Assembly: GCA_902760955.1 (NCBI GenBank)
Contig: CACWIG010000006.1
Span: 1,354-65,353 of the forward strand
DNA from: an uncultured Ruminococcus sp.
GTDB lineage: Bacteria > Bacillota > Clostridia > Monoglobales > Monoglobaceae
Direction of reading: 5' to 3'
Length of the DNA stretch: 64,000 nt
Shown here piece by piece: positions 57,168-64,000 of this stretch (within the stretch, counting starts at the first letter, position 1; each line of letters starts with the position of its first letter). The position numbers were made by a program, and so were the translations under genes. The notes under the pieces were generated by a model, which did not search any database, was not told where the DNA came from, and saw nothing but the letters and a program-made list of their open reading frames with translations.

Positions 57168-59155
57168 ACCACATATTGCTGGCGTCTGAGTACGTGATCC
57201 TGATATTCCTTGTCAAGTTCCACAAAGTAAGCACTCCAACCCCATATTCTGACAACAAGCTGTTTGTGGTTTTCAGGGTGTAGCTGTGCGTCTTTAAGCA
57301 GCTTTGAATTCACCGCATTTAACTGCATCTGATGTCCGCCCATATCTACATAGGCTTTAACTAAAGTCGCGACCTTCTTTATTGCATCCTCGCCCTCAAA
57401 CATAGAGCTTGCAAATTCCATTGTCAAAGGCCCGCCGTTTATCGCCCTTGAAAAGTCAGGCTTGGTAAAGGATTTGATAACAGAAATCGGACCATTTATT
57501 TTGGCGAACAAACTTGCAGAGAAGTTTGTTCCAAATGGCTCTCCCTTGCGTCTGCCGTCAGGTGATGCACCGATTTCGTTTGCGTGCCACAGATAGAACA
57601 TTGCAGACCCCGTTCCTGCGCGGAACTTTCCACCGCGACAGTTCACCTTTTCCTCTAAGCTGTCAGAAAATGCCTTCAAAAGCTCTGTTGCCAAGCCATC
57701 AGGTAAATCTTCATTATTTCCTAATTTCGGAGCCTCATTACGCAAAATCGGCAAAATCTCGCTGTGCTTTTCAAAATCGCTGTCAACTGCCTCAATCAGT
57801 TCTTGCTTGCTGAATTTATGCTCATCATATACATACTTCTTTATTACCGCAAGAGAGTCAGCCGCCGTTGCAATTCCCGTACCGTGAACACCAAAATTAT
57901 TATATTTTCCGCCATCGTAAATTCCGCCGTCAAACATTACATTCATAAAGGGCGAGGGAACAAACCACAAATCCTTTATTCCATCTGCAATTTGGTCGCA
58001 CTCAGATTGAATTTCACTCTTTACAGACATCATAAAGTCATCAAAGGTTTCGCTTTTTTCTAAGCTATTGTGCAGACAACTGTCAATCACCTTAGGAAAT
58101 GACAATGCCGCAATGTTTGCAACATCTGCACCGCATTTGGGAATAATGAACTCCCAACAAGCCGCCGTAACATAATTTCTTGCATCACTTAAATCATAGC
58201 CAAGCCTTGTAAGACCATCTATTACCACATCATCATTTGAGTATTGGGGAAAACCAAGTCCTGCCTTTGTCAGCTTTGAACCAAGTTCATACACCTCAAT
58301 AGGTGTATTCTTATTTACACGCAGATTTATCTTAGGGTCAATCATCAAAAGATTTCCGCTTGCAACAAGGCACAATTCTGATAATGTATTAAAGACCTCA
58401 CAACCATTTTCATCAACGCCGCCGAGAACCATACTCTGTCCATTGTCCCCCTGTTGAACACCCGGGTACAAATCGCTATCCTTGTTAAAGGAAATAAAGA
58501 AATCTTCAAGAAGCTCAAGAGCAGTTTCTTTTGTATACAACCCCTTTTCCATATCAGCTTTTAAATATGGATACATATATTTGTCAAATCTGCCTACTGT
58601 ATTGTGATAGTTCCCTTCAAGCCAAAGGCTGAAATGAATTATTCTAAAAAACTGCAATGCCTCATAAAAACTTGTTGCACCATAGCGAGGCACACGCTCT
58701 AAAACCTTGGCAAGCTCTGTCTTACCCTGCTTTTCTGCCTCTGCCTTATATCTGTCAGATAGGTCAATTATCGCATCAATAACACGCTGTCCATATTCGT
58801 CTGCGTTTTTTCTTCTTTCAAGCAGACCGCATTTTATAACATCTTCGTAGTTTGGTGAGAGGTTTGACATATATCCAAGCTCGTGTATGTAATGCTCAGA
58901 CTTAATCTCTGCCCACTCCTCCTCGGTGAAACAATCGGGGATATTTTTAACAGTCCTCATAAACGCAATTTTCTCGTCAGGGAGCAATACAGGCTCTTCA
59001 AGGCCTGCCAAAAGCTCAAACCTTTTAGTCATACGTTCCTTGGGTGAATACTTATTTTTCTTAAAATCATCACACAATCTGTCATACTGCGGATAATCCT
59101 TTCTAAACTGATGATGTTTTTTAGAAACAATATAATCATATAATACTTTACTCAT
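57164..59155 (-). CDS. Glycyl radical enzyme of the PFL2/dehydratase-like class, unusually short (663 aa), substrate unknown
   Basis: C-terminal Gly-radical motif VVRIWGWSAYFVEL, thiyl loop NYVTAACWEF (Cys-x-Glu) and a PFL-like barrel. Start set at ATG 59155 after AAGGTGG. Confidence 0.85.
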   Translation of the reverse strand: MSKVLYDYIVSKKHHQFRKDYPQYDRLCDDFKKNKYSPKERMTKRFELLAGLEEPVLLPDEKIAFMRTVKNIPDCFTEEEWAEIKSEHYIHELGYMSNLSPNYEDVIKCGLLERRKNADEYGQRVIDAIIDLSDRYKAEAEKQGKTELAKVLERVPRYGATSFYEALQFFRIIHFSLWLEGNYHNTVGRFDKYMYPYLKADMEKGLYTKETALELLEDFFISFNKDSDLYPGVQQGDNGQSMVLGGVDENGCEVFNTLSELCLVASGNLLMIDPKINLRVNKNTPIEVYELGSKLTKAGLGFPQYSNDDVVIDGLTRLGYDLSDARNYVTAACWEFIIPKCGADVANIAALSFPKVIDSCLHNSLEKSETFDDFMMSVKSEIQSECDQIADGIKDLWFVPSPFMNVMFDGGIYDGGKYNNFGVHGTGIATAADSLAVIKKYVYDEHKFSKQELIEAVDSDFEKHSEILPILRNEAPKLGNNEDLPDGLATELLKAFSDSLEEKVNCRGGKFRAGTGSAMFYLWHANEIGASPDGRRKGEPFGTNFSASLFAKINGPISVIKSFTKPDFSRAINGGPLTMEFASSMFEGEDAIKKVATLVKAYVDMGGHQMQLNAVNSKLLKDAQLHPENHKQLVVRIWGWSAYFVELDKEYQDHVLRRQQYVV

Positions 59156-59172
59156 AACAAATACCACCTTCC

Positions 59173-59188
59173 ATTATCGTTAATGTAA
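59173..59188. promoter_or_regulatory. Candidate LacI-family operator (site 1, at the GRE operon promoter)
   Basis: ATTATCGTTAATGTAA is identical to 60318-60333. The core ATTATCGTTAAT is 10/12 self-complementary around a central CG. It abuts the -10 box of the GRE promoter. Confidence 0.5.
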
Positions 59189-59216
59189 TTATAGCACAGC
59201 ACTATTCTCTTGTCAA
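59188..59216 (-). promoter_or_regulatory. Consensus sigma-A promoter of the GRE-activase operon
   Basis: Minus strand reads TTGACA (59216-59211), 17 nt, TATAAT (59193-59188). Confidence 0.6.
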
Positions 59217-59221
59217 GTATA

Positions 59222-60223
59222 TTATTTTGGAGTACAACTGCTTTCTCTCTCAATAAGTTTTGTGGGCAGAATATATTGACATATCTCTTTTCTGCTTCCA
59301 TCAATTTTTCCCATAAGAGCTTCAACCGCCTTAACTGACATCTTAGTTTTTGAGGATGTCACAGACGTCAGCATCAACGGAAAATAAAATTTTGAACCGA
59401 TATTATCAAAGCCTACCACAGAAACATCATTTGGAATTTCTCTGTGCTGTTTCTTTAAAAAGTGACATACCTGCATTGCAACAAGGTCACTAAAGCATAT
59501 TATTCCTGTACATTCAACATTGTTTTCAAGAATATTTTCAATCTCATTTTCATCACCTGATACCGAAACTTCTACAGTTTTAAGTTGGCAATCCTCAGAG
59601 CCATATATACCGAAAGCTCTCTTGATACCATCTAATCTATCACGGGCACTGGATATATGGAGGGGTGCATTAATGAAAAGTATATTCTTGTGATTATTGC
59701 TCAGCAAATGCTCTGCGGCTACAAAACCGCCGTTTAGGTCATCACAAATAACATAGCTTGACTCAACGCCCTCAAATCGTCTGCCAAACAAGATATATGG
59801 TATTCCCGTTTTTTCCATAAATTCTATATTGTTCCGCGTCTTCTGAACAGGACAGATAATTATTCCGTCAACATTTTTACTGACAGCAGATACAATTGCA
59901 GTATACTCTATTTTCTCATCCTCGTCAGTATTTATTATTATGGCGTTATAACCATACTCACGCAAACGGCTTTCCATCTCTTTTATCATTATGGAAAAGT
60001 GTGGGTTGGATATATCTCCAACAATAATGGCGATACTCTTGCTTTTGCCCGAACGCAATGCACCTGCGGAAGCATTTGCGATATATCCCATTCTTTTGGC
60101 GGTTTCCGATATAATCTTTTTGGTTTTTTCAGATATGTCTGGCTTATCGTTCAAGGCGTGTGATACTGTGTTGACAGAATATCCCGTCTCTCTTGCGATA
60201 TCAGCCATTGTAATATTTCTCAT
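59222..60223 (-). CDS. LacI family transcriptional regulator
   Basis: N-terminal HTH MADIARETGYSVNTVSHALN plus a periplasmic-binding-protein-like sugar sensor fold. Confidence 0.9.
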   Translation of the reverse strand: MRNITMADIARETGYSVNTVSHALNDKPDISEKTKKIISETAKRMGYIANASAGALRSGKSKSIAIIVGDISNPHFSIMIKEMESRLREYGYNAIIINTDEDEKIEYTAIVSAVSKNVDGIIICPVQKTRNNIEFMEKTGIPYILFGRRFEGVESSYVICDDLNGGFVAAEHLLSNNHKNILFINAPLHISSARDRLDGIKRAFGIYGSEDCQLKTVEVSVSGDENEIENILENNVECTGIICFSDLVAMQVCHFLKKQHREIPNDVSVVGFDNIGSKFYFPLMLTSVTSSKTKMSVKAVEALMGKIDGSRKEICQYILPTKLIERESSCTPK

Positions 60224-60246
60224 AGCTTTTTCCTCTCTTTTTTACT

Positions 60247-60275
60247 ATTATATTAAAAATGTAAATTATAGTCAA
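60247..60275 (-). promoter_or_regulatory. Candidate promoter of the LacI-family gene
   Basis: Minus strand reads TTGACT (60275-60270), 17 nt, TATAAT (60252-60247). Confidence 0.5.
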
Positions 60276-60281
60276 TACACC

Positions 60282-60310
60282 TTGACAAAAATTATATTAT
60301 AATATATAAT
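60282..60310 (+). promoter_or_regulatory. Consensus sigma-A promoter of the GH36/Sip1-like gene
   Basis: TTGACA (60282-60287), 17 nt, TATAAT (60305-60310). Confidence 0.6.
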
Positions 60311-60317
60311 AATTTAT

Positions 60318-60333
60318 ATTATCGTTAATGTAA
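60318..60333. promoter_or_regulatory. Candidate LacI-family operator (site 2)
   Basis: ATTATCGTTAATGTAA is identical to 59173-59188. It starts 7 nt after the -10 box. Confidence 0.5.
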
Positions 60334-60348
60334 ATTAGGAGAGCGAAA

Positions 60349-62274
60349 ATGGAAATTAAAAATTGTTACTTAAATCTTGCAAACGGAGATATACAGGATA
60401 TTCTTGTCAGCACCTCTGTTCTGACAAGCAGTTCAAACAAACATAACACAACTGTTTCCGCTGTGTATATCGACGGTATTTCAAAATTTCCGATTGATAG
60501 TGAATTTGGTGCAGGTATCGATATATTGATTGATGATGCTGTTTCCTATATGGCAGACTATCGATACTGCGAATTTTGGTGCGAGCCAAACTTTGGTGAC
60601 ACTCTCGATACTGTTCCCGATGAAACACAAGGCTTTGTTTACCAAAAAGCAAACGGTCAATTTGGTGTAATTCTTCCCGTTGTATCTGAAAAATACAAGT
60701 GTGTCCTTTGCGGAAAAGACGAAAGTCAGATTACTGCAAAACTTTTCAGTTGGTTCAATGACTTGAACACCTGCAAAGCACTTGCGTTTGTGTATGCTGA
60801 GGGCAGTAACCCATATGAACTTTTAGAAAGCTGTACTGCATATGCACTTGAGCTTCTGGGCACAGGTTGCAGAACACGTAAGGAGCGTCGCTATCCCGAA
60901 ATTTTTGAATATCTCGGATGGTGCAGTTGGGATGCAATGGAAATTCGTGTCAACGAAGATGACTTATTGAGAAAATGTGAGGAGTTTAACAACAAAAACA
61001 TTCCTATTAAATGGGCGATTATTGATGATATGTGGGGCGAAGTCAGAGATTTCTATGATCGAAAATATAATGACAGAAAAGAGATGTTTGCCCTTATGCA
61101 CTCATCAAAGCTGTATTCCTTTAAGGCAGATCCCAAAAGATTTCCTAAGGGATTGAAACACACAATAGAAAAAATGAACGAACGTGGAGTAAAGGTCGGT
61201 ATATGGCATCCAACCACAGGCTATTGGAGGGGTATCGATCCCGAAGGTGAAATCGCACAGGAATATATGGACTGCTTTATTCAAGGAGAAAACGGCACCT
61301 ACGTACACAGCTATGAACAAAATAAGGCATTTACCTATTATAACGCTTTCCACCATTACCTCAGAAGTTGCGGTACGGAATTTATAAAAATAGATAATCA
61401 AAGTATGTCACGCAGATTTTTCAAAGGTCTTGCACCTGTGGGAGAGGCATCTCGCAGTTATCATAACGCAATGGAAGCCTCTGTTGGCTGTCACTTTGAC
61501 AACAGTATGATAAACTGTATGGGAATGGCAAGCGAGGATATGTTCAATCGTTCGGTAAGCCCTATCTCACGTTGCAGCAACGACTTTTTACCTGAGGATA
61601 GTGCGTGGTTCCGCAAACATATTCTTCAATGCTCATATAACTGCCTTATTCAAGGACAATTCTATTATTGTGATTGGGATATGTGGTGGACTGATGACGG
61701 TCAGGCAGTAAAGAACAGTATTTTACGTGCAATAAGCGGTGGTCCTATATATGTCAGCGATAAGCTCGACAGAAGTGTAAGGGATGTCATTATGCCTCTT
61801 GTTTTAAGCGACGGAAAAATATTGAGATGTGACAGACCTGCAATGCCTACCGCTGATTGTATAACTCATAATCCAACATCATCAGGCAAAATCTTTAAGC
61901 TTCAAAATATTTGCAATGACAGCGGAGTTATAGCGGCATTTAATCTTGACGAAAGCGGTTCATCTGTAAAGGGTACAATTTTCCCTGCTGATGTAGACGG
62001 ACTCAATGGTGAGGAGTTTGCTGTATATGAGCATTTTTCAAAAGATCTGAAAATATTGAAGGCTGACGAGTCCTTGAATATAGAACTTAAAAATATAGAC
62101 GATTACAAGCTCTACATTATCGCTCCTCTTAAAGACGGCTTTGCCGCAATAGGCAGAACAGATAAATTTATCTCTCCAAAGACGATTAAGAGCATTCACG
62201 GAACTGAGGTCGACCTCATTGAAGACGGCGAGTATGCCGTTGTTATAGACGGAAAGCTGATTATCAAAAAATAA
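60349..62274 (+). CDS. GH36-clan glycoside hydrolase/transglycosidase, raffinose-synthase (Sip1)-like
   Basis: 641 aa. YLGWCSWDAMEIRV...IKWAIIDDMWGEV...FIKIDNQS resemble the raffinose synthase/seed-imbibition family blocks (GWCTWDAF, IIDDGWQ). Confidence 0.7.
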   Translation: MEIKNCYLNLANGDIQDILVSTSVLTSSSNKHNTTVSAVYIDGISKFPIDSEFGAGIDILIDDAVSYMADYRYCEFWCEPNFGDTLDTVPDETQGFVYQKANGQFGVILPVVSEKYKCVLCGKDESQITAKLFSWFNDLNTCKALAFVYAEGSNPYELLESCTAYALELLGTGCRTRKERRYPEIFEYLGWCSWDAMEIRVNEDDLLRKCEEFNNKNIPIKWAIIDDMWGEVRDFYDRKYNDRKEMFALMHSSKLYSFKADPKRFPKGLKHTIEKMNERGVKVGIWHPTTGYWRGIDPEGEIAQEYMDCFIQGENGTYVHSYEQNKAFTYYNAFHHYLRSCGTEFIKIDNQSMSRRFFKGLAPVGEASRSYHNAMEASVGCHFDNSMINCMGMASEDMFNRSVSPISRCSNDFLPEDSAWFRKHILQCSYNCLIQGQFYYCDWDMWWTDDGQAVKNSILRAISGGPIYVSDKLDRSVRDVIMPLVLSDGKILRCDRPAMPTADCITHNPTSSGKIFKLQNICNDSGVIAAFNLDESGSSVKGTIFPADVDGLNGEEFAVYEHFSKDLKILKADESLNIELKNIDDYKLYIIAPLKDGFAAIGRTDKFISPKTIKSIHGTEVDLIEDGEYAVVIDGKLIIKK

Positions 62275-62287
62275 TTTTGCAGATTAA

Positions 62288-62325
62288 AACGGATTGCCAC
62301 AAAATGTGACAATCCGTTAATTTTG
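62288..62325. terminator. Bidirectional terminator between convergent genes
   Basis: AACGGATTGCCAC-aaaat-GTGACAATCCGTT (one mismatch) followed by AATTTTG. Confidence 0.65.
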
Positions 62326-62331
62326 CTTGAT

Positions 62332-63132
62332 TTACAAATCATTCATTTCTGACTCGTACGCTTTTCTGTATTGAGCAGGAGTCATATTCATAATCTGTTC
62401 AAAGGCTCTGTTAAAAGAGCGTATCGAACCAAAGCCCGACTCATTTGCAATGTACGAAATCTTTTCATCTGATTGTTTAAGTAAGTCACAAGCCTTTTTA
62501 ATTCTCAGAGTATTAATATACATCTTAAAGCTAATCATAATCTTTTTGTTAAACAACCGAGAAATATAATATTTACTGAAATGCAAAGCTTTTGCGATAT
62601 CATCAATGGTGATATCATCTGTGTAATTATCTTCACAAAAGTTTAAAATATTATGAAGTGTAGTATTGTTTGATGCAATGCGAGGCACAAGATTAAAATC
62701 AGACATCAGCATAGCCATCAACTGATTAATATATCCTGCTTTATAAGTATACGCATACTCACCTTCAGTGTTATAAATCTTATCAAAAAGCTCTACTATA
62801 TCCGCCCTTACTCCGCTTATCACATTACTTTCAGGTTCCTTATCACGAAGCAACTCACCCATTCCGTAAATGGTATCCGACGAAAAAATAAATACATAGT
62901 ATTCACCATACTCAGAATTCAAGTAATAATGAATTTGATTTGGAAAAGCTATAAATATATCTCCCGTAGAAATCTTAAAAGCATTAATATCATTATAGCA
63001 AATCGCAGAACCGCTTTTTACATAAATCAACTCAATATTGCTATGTATATGCGGAACAGGCGAAAGTCTCCTTTGAACAGCATATGTATTCTTATGTCTT
63101 ATTTCAATACTTACATTATCGCTATTTTTCAT
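62332..63132 (-). CDS. AraC family transcriptional regulator
   Basis: 266 aa. Cupin-like N-terminus (HIHSNIELIYVKSGSA) and C-terminal HTH pair (..IAKALHFSKYYISRLF...GFGSIRSFNRAFEQIMNMTPAQYR). Confidence 0.85.
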   Translation of the reverse strand: MKNSDNVSIEIRHKNTYAVQRRLSPVPHIHSNIELIYVKSGSAICYNDINAFKISTGDIFIAFPNQIHYYLNSEYGEYYVFIFSSDTIYGMGELLRDKEPESNVISGVRADIVELFDKIYNTEGEYAYTYKAGYINQLMAMLMSDFNLVPRIASNNTTLHNILNFCEDNYTDDITIDDIAKALHFSKYYISRLFNKKIMISFKMYINTLRIKKACDLLKQSDEKISYIANESGFGSIRSFNRAFEQIMNMTPAQYRKAYESEMNDL

Positions 63133-63178
63133 AATCCTTATAAACTATGTAATTAAATAATTACTTATGAGTGTAAAA

Positions 63179-64000
63179 TTAAACCTCAGGAATTTCGATT
63201 TCGATTTCCTTGCCAAGCTCAGCAGAAGTAATAATACCATTGATAATAGCCTGGTTGTAGATAATCTCGCTTGAAGGAACAGTTGCCTTGCCGCCTTCTT
63301 TGATTGCATCAACAAATGAACGAATTTTCTTGTAGAAGAAGTCCCCATCATCCTTTATCATAGGAATTGTGTACTCAACTTCGCGGTCACCGCCAACAGT
63401 CTTATAAACAGTGAGAGGCTTGTCAAATGAACCATTCCAACAATTTGTTGAAGGAATTTTCAATCCGCCTTCTGTACCAAGAATAAGAGCGTCACCGCTT
63501 GTATCCATATTCATAGCCCAAGAAATACGGAAGTCAAGAATGATATCATTTTCAAGACGAACAAATGCTGCTGCAAAATCGTCAACGCCAAACTTCTCTG
63601 CGTATTCAGGATGTGTAGGATAATATCCTGGGTTTGTACCAAAGAAAGCAGATGTATAACCCGAAACTGTGAGAGGCTTAGGATATCCAACAGCGTTTAA
63701 AAGCATATCAAGTGAGTATGCACCGATATCACCTACTGCACCGATAACACCTGTTTCCTTTTCGATAAATGTTGTACCGAAAGGTGTAGGAATACCACGT
63801 CTGCGACCGCCGCCTGCCTGTAAGTAATAAATCTTACCAAGCTCGCCTGATTCAACGATTTTCTTAATCATCTGCATATTTGCACTCATTCTTGGCTGGA
63901 AGCCGATTGTCAAAATCTTACCGCTTCTCTTTTCAGCCTTCATTGTTTCAATAGCCTCTTCAAGAGTACCTGTAAACGGTTTTTCAAGCATAACATTTAC
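63179..64000 (-). CDS. Gfo/Idh/MocA family oxidoreductase (C-terminal ~273 aa; 5' end beyond the right window edge)
   Basis: The frame stays open to position 64000 (..VNVMLEKPFTG contains the family EKP motif), followed by the C-terminal alpha/beta dimerisation domain. Confidence 0.8.
   Translation of the reverse strand, partial: VNVMLEKPFTGTLEEAIETMKAEKRSGKILTIGFQPRMSANMQMIKKIVESGELGKIYYLQAGGGRRRGIPTPFGTTFIEKETGVIGAVGDIGAYSLDMLLNAVGYPKPLTVSGYTSAFFGTNPGYYPTHPEYAEKFGVDDFAAAFVRLENDIILDFRISWAMNMDTSGDALILGTEGGLKIPSTNCWNGSFDKPLTVYKTVGGDREVEYTIPMIKDDGDFFYKKIRSFVDAIKEGGKATVPSSEIIYNQAIINGIITSAELGKEIEIEIPEV

Overview
This is a chromosomal segment from a low-GC, spore-forming Firmicute, probably Clostridia-like. 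Evidence: a gerA-type germination operon, abrB, AT-rich spacers and many near-consensus TTGACA-17-TATAAT promoters. No rRNA, tRNA, CRISPR, prophage, transposase or recognisable defence genes were seen. Most of the window is housekeeping: lysS, greA, the ftsEX-M23-ctpA envelope cluster, purA, addA, gyrA, galT/galK and a long pur operon (purL-luxS-purE-purM-purN-purO-purH). Between these lie small sugar-utilisation islands: GH36, GH38 and a GH36/Sip1-like enzyme, each with an AraC or LacI regulator. Two genes are disrupted: an MFS transporter by a frameshift and the GH38 alpha-mannosidase by a single in-frame TAA. The most unusual content is non-coding. (1) A family of GC-rich hairpin repeats with a GTAG head has conserved head, loop and tail but different complementary stems. 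It is REP/BIME-like and has at least 15 copies, including a 48-nt tandem array and AT-decayed copies. (2) A related 95-110 nt element has covarying AT-rich arms and an inner hairpin with an invariant GGCTTGG loop, in 4 full copies plus 2 half copies. The most interesting coding locus is a short (663 aa) glycyl radical enzyme with its activase. It shares an identical operator with a divergent GH36/Sip1-like glycosidase, and the two flank a LacI-family regulator. Other points: a preQ1-I riboswitch controls a yhhQ-SDR operon; purL has a ~245 nt terminator-containing leader with no riboswitch class I could recognise; GerAB and GerAC are fused. All product calls come from reading the translations and motifs by eye, with no database search.
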